From: an uncultured Acidobacteriota bacterium
Lineage (GTDB): Bacteria; Acidobacteriota; Thermoanaerobaculia; Multivoradales; JAHEKO01
DNA length: 64,000 nucleotides
NCBI GenBank assembly: GCA_963713825.1
Contig: CAVQNG010000004.1
Location: 224,001 to 288,000 of the forward strand
Direction of reading: 5' to 3'
Positions 39,907 to 50,700 of the stretch are shown piece after piece. Position 1 is the first letter of the stretch. Every line of letters begins with the position of its first letter. A program made the translations under genes and the position numbers. The notes under the pieces were generated by a model. The model saw only the letters and a list, made by a program, of their open reading frames with translations. It had not been told where the DNA came from and did not search any database.

Positions 39907-40316
39907 GGTTGCACTGAGCTGGTCAAATCCATCGCACTGCAACCCATCGGGCGCCAGGCGCCGATTCTTGGAGCGCGACTATAGCGCTGCGCTCGATTGC
40001 CTCGCAAGTAGCGCCGAAGTTCTGACAAGGAGGCGGTCCATACGGGTAGTCCGCCAAGGGCGATTAGCCACACGCAGCAGAACACGTCCTCAGATCAGTT
40101 CCACAGGGAAGTACGGAGCTCTCGATGATCGACGGCCAATGCTGCCGCGCTACGACGAGGAAGCGCGTTATGATCGGCACCGCCAATCGAGGAATCCTCT
40201 CACTCGGAAGGCTGATCGGGAAAGAGGTACGGGCTTGTGTGACCCGTTCGCAATCGAGTCGAGGTGAGGGGACCCAGTTCAACCTATCCTGTCGTCAACC
40301 GGAGAGGCAGCCATTG

Positions 40317-42659
40317 ATGGCAGCAGGGCCCCGTCAAGGCAGGCCGGATCGCATGGTGACCAACAGCTCTGAGCTCGCCGCTCCCAAGAACGCTGGCCTC
40401 GACAGGGAGCTTCCAGCTGCCGATCCCCCGACGTCGCACAGACGACTCAGCCTGCTGTTGCCGTATTTGGCACTCGTCTTCCTCCACCTGCTCTCTGGCC
40501 TGCAGATGGAGCAGCCGCTCATCTTGGCCGACGAGCTCGGCTATCTCGGGAATGCTCGCTACCTTGCCGGGGCATCTCACCTGCCTGATATGCGGCACAG
40601 CCAGTTCTACCATTTCGGATATTCGCTGATCCTGATACCCGCCTTCTGGCTGTTCACCGATCCGGTCGCGATCTACAAGGCAGCGATGGTCATCAACGCG
40701 CTGCTGATGAGCGCACTCTTCTTCCCGGTGTACTCGATCCTGAGCTCGTTCCTCGAGGTCCCCAAAAGGACCGCGATCTGGATCAGTTTCGCTTGCAGTC
40801 TCTATCCGGCTGCGATGCTGTATTCGAACTTCGCCTGGGCGGAGAACGCTTTCATCCCGTTCTATGCCCTGACTGTGGCACTGATTGGGAGGTACCTTCG
40901 CTCCGGGTCCTGGCCCGATGTGACCATTTTCAGCTGCTGTGCCGCGTTCCTATACACCATTCATCCCAGAGGACTACCCGTCGTCGTCATCGTCGTCGTC
41001 TATCTTCTCGTTCTAGCGACCCTGAAAGTCGTCTCGAAGCGACAGGCACTACTGAGCGTCACGACCATCGGGTTGATCTTCGCAGCGACCCGAGTCGTCA
41101 ACGAGCATCTCAAGGCGATTGGCTGGAGGGGTACAGGTGAGTTCTCACTGACCCGATTGGGTGGAAGGCTCGTCCCGGGCAGCGACCTCCTCGTGTTGGT
41201 GCAGAGGGCCTTGGGCCAGCTCCTCTACCTGTCCCAGGCTACGTATGGACTGTTCCTCGTGGGTCTCGTGGCGGCGATCGGCTATGTCCTCAAGAAGATG
41301 GTCTCCGGCTCTCCAAGGCAGGCCATGTCGGACCCCAGAACCGGAGTGGCGGTCTTCTTGTTGATCACTGCCCCTGGCATCTTCCTTGCCTCACTGACCG
41401 TCAAGCTCTACAGCGTTTTCGGACCGGATGGCATTCGAGGGGCCGGCTTCATTCCCGGACGGTACAACGAAGCGTTTGCCGTCCTGTTTGTCGCCTTCGC
41501 CTTGGCGGAGCTTTGTCGGACTCAAACCGAAACTTCAAGAGCCGTCAAGCGTGCGATTGGCGTGACAGCTACGATGCTGGGCTTGACTGTGCTGACTATG
41601 GTCCACGTCAATACCTTCCTACAGAAGCTGGGCTCGGATTTGCCGGCAGATACGACCAGAAGGACAATCCCCGCGGCCCTGGTAGACACGCTGGATGTGC
41701 CGGGAGTCTTCCCCGTCATCGACCTGATTGGAGAGCTGAACCTCTACCTTGTGTCACTCGTTGCGATTGCCTTGTACCTCGCCACAACGATCACGACGAG
41801 GTATTCGTTACGCGCCGGAGCCGTCCTGCTGATGCTTGTCTTCTCTCAGTTCTCTCTCTACAACTATCGCCATTTCCTGCGACCGATCAAAGAAGATGCC
41901 GAGCCGCGACTCACCTTCGTTTCGCAGTTGTCTGGACTCGACCCGATCCCGGCCCTGAGCTACGACGATGGGTACTTCGATGCTCAGACTTTTTATGGAC
42001 TTCAGCACCTGCTACAGCGAACCGTGTTCGATCGATTCCACAGTCGCCGCGGAGAGACACCCCGATCCGAAGCGGTCATCAGCGCCAACCAGTGGCCGCA
42101 GGCGCCGAGAATCGGAGCCGAGTACTTTCTCAAGATCAGCAGCGTGGACAACGCCTTGTGGATTCTTCCAGGCGAGCTCCAGTCTCGACTTCCGGTCATG
42201 GCCTACGATGGCATGACGTTGGGAGCGGAACCAGCGATTCGCGTTCGGGAGCTCGGATTCCATGATCTTGAATGGGTCGCAGGAGTCCCGGCTCGTTGGA
42301 CCAATGGAGCCGCGAGCTTGAGAGTGTCATTGGATCCCGAGAACCCACCGCAGAGGGTCGAGGTCGAGATTCTCGCCTCCGGCCGCAGGGCGGGAGCCGA
42401 TCTCCAGATACTCACGAATGGTGTCGAGCTGTGGCGTGCACGGATTCCGGCCAATGAGTGGTCGAAGACGCTCAGCCTGAAACAGGTACCCATGGGCAAT
42501 GCACTACTCATCGAGCTCAACAGTGACACTTCGACCCCCGCTGCGAGCCTCGAGGGCTCTGCAGATTCGCGCCGCCTCGGCGTCATGGTCAAGGCCATTC
42601 GGTTGCAGACATCCGTCAGCGCCGATGGGCCGAGGGCAGTGAACAACAAGTCTCAATAG
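40317..42659 (+). CDS. Large polytopic GT-C-fold glycosyltransferase-like protein with C-terminal extracytoplasmic domain
   Basis: ADELGY acidic motif after TM1, WAEN, HPRG, about 12-13 TM segments, C-terminal RWTNG...DSRRLG; GGAGAGG RBS before ATG 40317. Confidence 0.65.
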   Translation: MAAGPRQGRPDRMVTNSSELAAPKNAGLDRELPAADPPTSHRRLSLLLPYLALVFLHLLSGLQMEQPLILADELGYLGNARYLAGASHLPDMRHSQFYHFGYSLILIPAFWLFTDPVAIYKAAMVINALLMSALFFPVYSILSSFLEVPKRTAIWISFACSLYPAAMLYSNFAWAENAFIPFYALTVALIGRYLRSGSWPDVTIFSCCAAFLYTIHPRGLPVVVIVVVYLLVLATLKVVSKRQALLSVTTIGLIFAATRVVNEHLKAIGWRGTGEFSLTRLGGRLVPGSDLLVLVQRALGQLLYLSQATYGLFLVGLVAAIGYVLKKMVSGSPRQAMSDPRTGVAVFLLITAPGIFLASLTVKLYSVFGPDGIRGAGFIPGRYNEAFAVLFVAFALAELCRTQTETSRAVKRAIGVTATMLGLTVLTMVHVNTFLQKLGSDLPADTTRRTIPAALVDTLDVPGVFPVIDLIGELNLYLVSLVAIALYLATTITTRYSLRAGAVLLMLVFSQFSLYNYRHFLRPIKEDAEPRLTFVSQLSGLDPIPALSYDDGYFDAQTFYGLQHLLQRTVFDRFHSRRGETPRSEAVISANQWPQAPRIGAEYFLKISSVDNALWILPGELQSRLPVMAYDGMTLGAEPAIRVRELGFHDLEWVAGVPARWTNGAASLRVSLDPENPPQRVEVEILASGRRAGADLQILTNGVELWRARIPANEWSKTLSLKQVPMGNALLIELNSDTSTPAASLEGSADSRRLGVMVKAIRLQTSVSADGPRAVNNKSQ

Positions 42660-42790
42660 CGCCAGATCCTGTGCCTCGAATCCGTACCATTCGGCTTCGT
42701 ATACCATGCGCTCTAGTAGATTCACCGACCGACGGGGTCTTTCAACGAGACGGTTTTCTTCACCCACCTCACGGCGAAACGCGCAGAAAG

Positions 42791-43546
42791 ATGCCGGCCC
42801 ACCGGATTCATTGCTCGTACCATAAGTGTCTGACGGTGTTGTACCGTCGCGTCATGGATGCGGTGATGAATCGGTGCCAACCCTGGGGCGCCGGCTATCG
42901 CCACTACAACAGCCATTTAGAGGACTTCTACCGCGGCTTTCGAAGGGACCGCGTCGCCTCGGTGAACAACCGGGCGCTCGATCTCGAGCGCCTTGGCGAC
43001 TTCCGGATCTCACGCTTCATCCGCGATCCGCGCGATCTCGTGGTTTCGGGCTACTTCTACCACAGGCGCGGGGCCGAAGCCTGGACAACGATCGAATCAC
43101 CAACTCCTGCCGACTGGTACTTCGCCAATGGTGTCATCCCCGAGGGCCTGCAGGCCGCGGGCAAATCCTTCGCGCAGTATTTGCAGTCGCTGCCGGAAGA
43201 GGAAGGGTTGTTGGCAGAATTGGAGTTTCGGGCCCTCCACTTCGAATCGATGGCCTGTTGGCCAACCGATCGCGCCGACATCGTCACCTATCGCTACGAA
43301 GAAATCCTAGGGCACGAGAGGGAGCTCTTCCAAGAGCTCTTCGAGTTCTACCAGCTGTCGCCTATCGAGCGCCGAATAGGCGGCTGGTTCGCCAACCGCT
43401 ACTCGATCGGGAGACGACGCACCGACCCTCACATTCGCAACCCGGCCTCCGGGCAATGGAGGAAACACTTCACGCCGAGGGTGAGGCAGGCCTTCGATTC
43501 CAGGTACGCGGCATTGGTCCGACAACTTGACTACCCGGCTTACTGA
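42791..43546 (+). CDS. PAPS-dependent sulfotransferase-domain protein
   Basis: SYHKCLT (PSB-like), IRDPRDLVVSGY, RYEE, HIR....GQWRKHFT. Confidence 0.8.
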   Translation: MPAHRIHCSYHKCLTVLYRRVMDAVMNRCQPWGAGYRHYNSHLEDFYRGFRRDRVASVNNRALDLERLGDFRISRFIRDPRDLVVSGYFYHRRGAEAWTTIESPTPADWYFANGVIPEGLQAAGKSFAQYLQSLPEEEGLLAELEFRALHFESMACWPTDRADIVTYRYEEILGHERELFQELFEFYQLSPIERRIGGWFANRYSIGRRRTDPHIRNPASGQWRKHFTPRVRQAFDSRYAALVRQLDYPAY

Positions 43547-43580
43547 GGACTGCAGCAACCCTGAAGATCATGCAGCACCA

Positions 43581-45026
43581 ATGGTTGACCTGATGGCTAC
43601 CACAACACGGAATCGGCAAGGCATGGCGGGTACCATTCTGATCGCAACGGCTGGTCGGAGCGGCATTCTCTACTCGAGCCTGGAGCTCGGGCGTCGCCTT
43701 GCCGCCGCCGACCACAAAGTCGTCTATGCCGGTCCGGACAACACTCGCCAGCTCGTCGACCATCATGGTCTCGGCTTCCTTGCACTGGAACCGAGCCGCT
43801 ATGACCGCTTCCTCGAAGCGGATACCGACGCCAGCGTCCGCCACCGGCTCGTGCACCTGCGCAGCCGCCGACAACGCGCCGCAGCGTCCACGGCCGTGAG
43901 CGGCTTCGTCGCGGCCGTGATGGCTCTGAATCCGCAGCTCGTGCTCCTCGACGGCGAGATGCACGAGCACATCATCGCGACGTCGGGTACAGGCGTACCG
44001 ATGGCCCTGCTCAACACCTTCGCCTCGATCTGGAAACAGCCGGGACTGCCACCTGCGCACCATCTGGTCCGTCCCGGCGTCGGATGGAAAGGATCCCGAG
44101 TCGGTATCTCGATGCTGTGGCTCGCGCTGCGGCTCCGAAAGTGGCGCACCGCCACCTCACAGACGGTTCGGCGGATCGGCTGCGACCGCCTGTCGATTCT
44201 GCGTCATCTGTCCCGCGAGGCTGGCTTCGATCTAAGCCGCGAAACCGACGACAGTCAGTGGCTGATCCCTTTCACCTACCGACGATTGCCAGTGCTGAGC
44301 TTGCACGCCCTGGAGTTCGAGTTTCCCCACCGTCCACCCGACCGGGTGCACTATGTCGGCCCAATGGTGCTCGAAGACCGCATCGACCGCCCGATGTCGA
44401 ACGAGGGCCGAGCCGAGCTCGACGATCTCTTGGCGAGGCGACGACGGGCCGAGGGTCGCCGAAAGATGATCTATGCCGGTTTCGGCTCGGTCTTTTCCAC
44501 CGATCTGGATCTCCTGAAACGCCTCGTTCAGGCCGTCGCGGATCGTCGCGATTGGGATCTGGTGATCACTCTCAGCGATCGGGTATCGCGCGGCGCGCTG
44601 GGCAAGCTGCCCGATACGGTTCTTGCGCTGCCCTGGGTTCCCCAGCTGCGAGTCTTGCGGGATGCCGACGTTTGTGTGACTCATGGCGGCATCAACACCA
44701 TCGACGAGTGCGTCTCTTTTGGAGTGCCGATGCTCGTCTACTGCGGCCACGAAACAGACATGGCGGGCAACACCGCCCGCGTCGTCCATCACGGCATCGG
44801 ACTCGCGGGTGATCGGAGACGAGACGACCCGGCGATGATCCGCCATCGGATCGAGCGCTTGCTGACCGAGCCGCACTTTGGCACCAGCCTGAGTCAGCTG
44901 CGTCGACGTTATGAGGCGTATGCCGAGAACCGAGTGGCGGAGCGGACCATCGAGTCCCTGCTTGGTCTCGAGACTGGAACCCCAGCCGCCATCCGCACCC
45001 AGACTCCAGGTGGTGCTCGCTCGTGA
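43581..45026 (+). CDS. GT1-family (MGT/UDPGT-like) glycosyltransferase
   Basis: VHYVGP, YAGFGS, WVPQL.VL..AD..VTHGGINT..E....GVPM; start uncertain (43581/43593/43623). Confidence 0.85.
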   Translation: MVDLMATTTRNRQGMAGTILIATAGRSGILYSSLELGRRLAAADHKVVYAGPDNTRQLVDHHGLGFLALEPSRYDRFLEADTDASVRHRLVHLRSRRQRAAASTAVSGFVAAVMALNPQLVLLDGEMHEHIIATSGTGVPMALLNTFASIWKQPGLPPAHHLVRPGVGWKGSRVGISMLWLALRLRKWRTATSQTVRRIGCDRLSILRHLSREAGFDLSRETDDSQWLIPFTYRRLPVLSLHALEFEFPHRPPDRVHYVGPMVLEDRIDRPMSNEGRAELDDLLARRRRAEGRRKMIYAGFGSVFSTDLDLLKRLVQAVADRRDWDLVITLSDRVSRGALGKLPDTVLALPWVPQLRVLRDADVCVTHGGINTIDECVSFGVPMLVYCGHETDMAGNTARVVHHGIGLAGDRRRDDPAMIRHRIERLLTEPHFGTSLSQLRRRYEAYAENRVAERTIESLLGLETGTPAAIRTQTPGGARS

Positions 45027-46480
45027 GCGACACCGCACGAAGGGTGGCCGCGGGGGCCGGTTGGCTCTATGGCTACCGATGGATCGAGAGGCTGCTCGAC
45101 TTCGTCTCGATCGTGGTGCTGGCGCGCATCCTGGCACCCGAGGACTTCGGCCTCGTCGCCATTGCGGCCTCCTTCGTGGCCATCATCGAAGGGCTGAGCG
45201 CATTCGACGTCAACAAAGCACTGATCCGAACACGCGACGAGCATCGATCGCTCTACGACAGTGCGTGGACCCTGTCTGCGCTGAGGGGCTTCGCAACTGC
45301 GCTGATCATGCTGGCGATCGCACCCTTCGTGACCGATGCTCGAATCAGCGCAGTGCTCGCGGTGCTCGCCCTCAGCCCGCTGATGACCGGGCTCTCCAAC
45401 CCTCGGTTCGTCATGTTCGAACGCGACCTGGTCTATTCCAAGCTCGCCATTCTGACGCTCGGGGCCAAAGTCGTCTCCTTCACGGTCACCCTGGTGCTCG
45501 CGTTGCTCTACCACAGCTACTGGTCGCTCGTGATCGGTCTGCTCGTCGGCGGTCTGATCACCATGATTCTGAGCTATGTCCTGAAGCCCTATCGTCCGAC
45601 TGTCTCGTTCTCCCGGTTCTCCGACATCTTCGCCTTCAGCGGATGGCTGTCGCTGACCAGCATCGTGACCACGCTGTCGATGGAGACCGACAAGCTCATC
45701 GTCGGCCGTTTGCTCGGAGTCGCCGACGCCGGCCTCTACTTCATGACCCAAAGAGTCGGAGTCCTCCCCACTCGAGAGCTGATCAGCCCGCTGCAGCGCA
45801 TTCTGCTGCCCTCGTTCAGCGAGCTGACCCACGACAGGCAACGGCTTCGTCGGGTGGCCTGCGAGTCGATCAACATCCTGGGTAGCCTCAGCATCCCGGC
45901 CGGCTTCGGGTTTGCCCTCATCGCCGCCGACTTCGTGCCGCTCACCCTGGGTGATCAATGGACTTCGATCGTGCCACTGCTGACGATCCTCGTTCCCTAT
46001 CTCGGCCTTCGGGCGACGCTGTCGATGACCTTGCCGTGCGTCATGGCGCTCGGCAAGACAAAGCTGCTGTTCTGGGTCAGTCTCGCCTACGCCTTCGTCC
46101 ATCTCCCCGCATTCATCGGTGGAACGGCCTGGTTCGGTCTGACCGGTGCCATCGTGAGCATCGTGCTGGCCGGAGTGCTGTACTCGTACTTGAACGCCTG
46201 GATGTTGAATCGAACGCTCGATATCTCTCTCCGCGAGATCCTGTCTCGAATCAAGAGGCCACTCCTGGCATCGCTGCTGATGGTAGGTGCCGTCTTGCTG
46301 CTCGACTGGCTCTTACCCACCGAGAGCCCTTCCGAGAGTGGATCCTGGCTGGCGCTTTTGCTCAAGATCGTCGTCGGAGGCGTAGCCTACAGTTCCGCCC
46401 TGTACGGGATGTGGCGTCTCGATGATCGACCCGAGGGCATCGAAAGACGTCTCCTGCAGCTGTTGGATCGCACTGACTAG
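45023..46480 (+). CDS. wzx: Wzx/PST-family oligosaccharide flippase
   Basis: VLARILAPEDFGLVA, SYWSLV, DKLIVGRLLG...GLY, LGDQW; about 12 TM segments. Confidence 0.85.
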   Translation: MSDTARRVAAGAGWLYGYRWIERLLDFVSIVVLARILAPEDFGLVAIAASFVAIIEGLSAFDVNKALIRTRDEHRSLYDSAWTLSALRGFATALIMLAIAPFVTDARISAVLAVLALSPLMTGLSNPRFVMFERDLVYSKLAILTLGAKVVSFTVTLVLALLYHSYWSLVIGLLVGGLITMILSYVLKPYRPTVSFSRFSDIFAFSGWLSLTSIVTTLSMETDKLIVGRLLGVADAGLYFMTQRVGVLPTRELISPLQRILLPSFSELTHDRQRLRRVACESINILGSLSIPAGFGFALIAADFVPLTLGDQWTSIVPLLTILVPYLGLRATLSMTLPCVMALGKTKLLFWVSLAYAFVHLPAFIGGTAWFGLTGAIVSIVLAGVLYSYLNAWMLNRTLDISLREILSRIKRPLLASLLMVGAVLLLDWLLPTESPSESGSWLALLLKIVVGGVAYSSALYGMWRLDDRPEGIERRLLQLLDRTD

Positions 46481-47646
46481 CGCTCGGCAAGAGCGGCGAA
46501 GGCACTCTCGGTCCGAGCCGCAATCGACGGCCAGGTGTGCTGTTCAGCGATCCGACGGCCGCCCTGAGCGAGTCGCGCTCGCAGCTCGCCATCGCCGAGT
46601 ACTTCGCACAAGGCTCTGGCCAGCGCCGTCGGCGAGTCGGGGGGAATGAGCCGGGCGCTGTCACCATCTCGAAGGGTACCGGGTAGTGCTCCGACGGTGG
46701 TGGCCACGACAGGCACACCCAGCGACAACGCCAGGTAGAGGACCCCGGACTGGCTGATGTGCCGATAGGGCATCGCCAGCACGTCGGCGGCCGCAAAGTA
46801 GCGCGACACCTCGGTGAAAGGGATGTACTCGAAGCGGTGAATCGCCCCGATTCGCTGCGCCCAGGAAGACAGCTCGTGGCGCCGAGCCTGACTCAGCCGA
46901 CCGGCATCGCCGGCGACGACCAGCCGTGCTCTGGGACGTGCTTCGACCACGTCCGGCCAGGCTTCGAGCAGGATATCCAAGCCCTTGTACTCACGAATGT
47001 AGCCGAAGAACAGGACCACCTCGTGGTCTTCGTCGAGGCCGAGGCTCTGTCGGGCCGAATCGCGAGCCAAGGGTCCGCCGTCGGGATTGAAGAATCCATA
47101 CTCCCCATGGGGGATCACCACCACCCGTTCAGGTTCGAGGGAGATCTCCTCGAGCAGTCTTTGCCGGTCGAAGTCGGAGTGAGCGACGACCAGTCGGCTG
47201 AGTCGATGCACGCGCCGAAAGAGGGCGTCGCGGAAAGGACGACGCTCGTGCGGGGTGACCACATGCGCCGTGGTCACGACCGGGGCCCCCACCAGCCGCA
47301 GGAGTGCGACAAAGAGCAGTGCGCTGCTATTTGTGCTGTGGACGTGGATCACGTCCGGTCGCAGGCGGCGCGCAAACGCGGCAACCGAGATAACATCGAA
47401 GACCGCCTCGACGCTGGTGGCCAGCTCCAGACTGCGCTGCGGCATCGCCCTACGATGCCGATGGGTGAAGCGTGCAAGCGTCTTGACCAGACGTAGATTC
47501 GACGGCAAGCTCCGGTCTTCGAGCTCGTAGGCGGCTGCCGTCACCAGGGTGACCTCATGACCGCGCTCAGCCAGCGCGCAGGAGAGATTGAAGGTGTAGT
47601 GGGTCAGTCCGCCGCGGCCAAAAGTCTCGATCTCGAGTATCCGCAT
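46477..47646 (-). CDS. GT4-family glycosyltransferase
   Basis: GHEVTLVT, VIPHG, FFGYIREYKGLD, PYRHISQSGV; start at ATG 47646. Confidence 0.88.
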   Translation of the reverse strand: MRILEIETFGRGGLTHYTFNLSCALAERGHEVTLVTAAAYELEDRSLPSNLRLVKTLARFTHRHRRAMPQRSLELATSVEAVFDVISVAAFARRLRPDVIHVHSTNSSALLFVALLRLVGAPVVTTAHVVTPHERRPFRDALFRRVHRLSRLVVAHSDFDRQRLLEEISLEPERVVVIPHGEYGFFNPDGGPLARDSARQSLGLDEDHEVVLFFGYIREYKGLDILLEAWPDVVEARPRARLVVAGDAGRLSQARRHELSSWAQRIGAIHRFEYIPFTEVSRYFAAADVLAMPYRHISQSGVLYLALSLGVPVVATTVGALPGTLRDGDSARLIPPDSPTALARALCEVLGDGELRARLAQGGRRIAEQHTWPSIAARTESAFAALAER

Positions 47647-47796
47647 CTGGCAACTCGCAGCGCTGTTGCGAACCGTGACCGCAGTTCTGCGCCACTCGGC
47701 TCTACCGCCGGATCGTACCATCGCCGCGGGAGGTGCCGAAAAGAGTCGCGCTCGATAGACTGGAACCGATTCTCGACCAGATCGCAGATCCGTCCC

Positions 47797-50700
47797 ATGA
47801 CAACCCGCCAACCCAACGACCGTGCCGCGTTGCTCGAGCAGGCTATCCGTCGCAAGAGAGCCGCAGCCGGATCAGACACTCCGACCATGATGCCGCGGCC
47901 GGCCGACCAGCCGGCCTGTCTCAGCGACATCCAGCGCGGCCTCTGGCTGCTGCACCAAATGGATCCGCGCTCGCCGGCCTACAACCTCACGAGTGCCTTT
48001 CGGGTCGAGGGTGCCCTCGATCCAGAGAAGCTCGAGCGGGCGCTCAACGAGGTGGTCTCGAGACACCGCATCCTGCGCTCGACCTTTCGACGCCAGGGAG
48101 AAACCGTGCTCCAGGTCGTGCATCCCCACTCGCCTCTGGCCTTGGAGGTCGTCGAAGCGGAAGACGGTGAGGGACTGGCGGCGACAGTCGACGAAGCCAG
48201 CAAGCCCTTCGATCTCGAGACAGGACCGTTGATACGGCTGCAGCTCGTCGAAGAGAGCTCCAAGGAGACTCGCTACTTGCTCCTCGTCTTGCACCACATC
48301 CTGGCTGACGAGAAGTCACTAGCTCTTCTCTGGGAAGAGCTGGGCGAGGCCTATCGTAGTCGACAGGGCGCTACCGAGCCGGCTGTCCAGTACGACGATT
48401 ACGTGTACTCGCTGAGCCTCCGGGAGCCGGCCGAACGGGACCGCCAACTCGAAGACTGGCGGCGACGCCTTGAGCCGCTCCCCGACGACCTGCGGTTCCC
48501 GTTCGAGCGGTCGCCCTCAGAAGGGCTTGCAGGGCGAGGACGACTCCTCAGTCGCGCTCTGCCTGAGCCGGTGCTGGAAGGGCTCCGGAACCTCGCATCC
48601 TCGAGCGGTGCCACACCCTTCTTGGTGGCCGCTTGTGCGTTCAGGCTCTTGCTGCAGCGCTACACGGACAACCAGCGCGTCGCTTTCGCCACACCGGTGT
48701 CGACGCGCTCGCACCCGGCGACCGCTCGCATGATCGGGTACTTCACCAATCCCGTGGTGATCCCCACTCACCTCGATGAACAGCAGCCCGTGCTGGAAGC
48801 GGTTCAAGGCTTCAGCCGGCAGCTACGAGCTCTGCTCGTGCAAGCATCACTGCCGTTCCAGTCGCTCGCCGAGGCCCTCTCTCCACGACGACAACGCGAC
48901 CGCCACCCGATCTTCCAGATCATGTTCGTGCACCAGGAGAGTATCGCTCCACCCGAGCTGGGAGAAGCCCGACTGCAGCCGCTGGCCCTCGACCTGGGGG
49001 CATCGAAATTCGATCTCACCCTCTTTGTTACGGAGGGCCAACGCGAACTCGAGATCGCCCTCGAATATCGCGTCGATCGCTACGCCCAGACCTGGATGGA
49101 GCGCCTACTCGACCACTACGGGACCCTGCTGGAGCAGCTGCCGACCGATCCGAACAGAACCGTTGCCAAGGTATCGATGCTCGGCACCGAGGAGCAGCGC
49201 AGCCTTCTTGCTTTGGCAAAGGGGACTGAGCTCGATGCTGACAAGATGACCCTCTTACCGCGGCAGATCCTCGATCGAGTGAGTCGCTCGCCCCAATCTC
49301 CCGCCCTCTCCTGTGGTGACTCCAGACGGAGCTATGGCGAACTGGAAGCCTCCGCGAGAAGAATCGCGACAAAGCTCGTGGATTGCGGCGTCAACGTTGG
49401 CGACCGCGTCGGTGTCTTTCTGAACCGCTCGGTCGAGATGGTCGAAGCGGTTCTCGGCGTCCATCTGGCCGGCGCGGCCTACGTCCCCCTCGATCCGACG
49501 TATCCGGAGTCGAGGAACCGCACAGTTCTCGAGGACGCCGATGTTGCCGCGGTGCTGACGACTGCCTCGCGGGGCGACGAGCTCTGGCGCGGTCCATGGG
49601 CGACTATCGAGGTCGATCGCATCGATACTGATGTCGCCCGAGGCGCAGTGCTGCCCGGACCATCGGCCGACTCCCCTGCGTACATTTTGTACACCTCGGG
49701 TTCTAGCGGTCGCCCAAAGGGGGTGGTCGTGACGCAGGCGAATCTGCGCGCCTCCACAGCGGCGCGCCTGCAGGTCTACGAAAAGCCCCCCCGTCGGTTC
49801 CTACTCTTGCCGAGTATCGCATTCGACAGTTCCGTCGCCGGTCTCTTCTGGACACTGGCGATGGGTGGCTGCCTGGTGATTCCAAGCGATGAGGAGGCTC
49901 TGGATCCTCGTCGTCTGGCAGGGCTCGTGGCCCGGGAACGAGTGAGCTCTCTACTCTGTGTCCCGTCCCTCTACGCTCAGCTGCTGAGGGCTGACGGCGG
50001 ACTGCTCGATGGCCTGGAGACGGTCATCGTAGCCGGAGAGAGCTGCACTCCGTCGTTGGTGAACGAGCACTTTCGAACCCTGCCGAAGACCAGCCTCTAC
50101 AACGAGTACGGCCCCACCGAAGCGACGGTCTGGGCGACGGTGCATCCGTTGGAGATCGGTGCTGCCGGCTCTTCCGTGGCCATTGGCCGGCCGATTCCGG
50201 GTGTGCGAGTCGATGTGCTCGACAGACTCGGCCGCCCGGTTCCAGTCGGTATCCCCGGTGAAGCCTGGATCACGGGACCGACTGTAGCCCAAGGCTACTG
50301 GCGGCAGCCGACCCTTACCGCGGAGCGCTTCGTCATCGACGCAGAGTCAGCGCGCGGCGAGAACCGGTATCGAACGGGTGACCAGGTGGCGTGGACGGCA
50401 GCCGGGCACCTGCTCTTCCTGGGTCGAGAGGACGAACAGATCAAGATTCGTGGCTTTCGAATCGAGCCAGGTGAGGTCGAGGCTGCGCTGCTCGAATCCG
50501 AGAAGATCCAAAATGCGGCCGTCATCGCCCGGCCGCTCGGTTCGCCGACGACCATGGCCTCAGAGACCAGCGACCATCAGCTGGTCGCTTTCGTCGAGAC
50601 GGCTTCCCCTGACGCCAGAGCAGGTTGGCGGAAAGACCTGTCCGCGCGCCTGCCCGAGCACATGATTCCGAACCGCCTGGTCGTGCTGCCCGAGCTGCCT

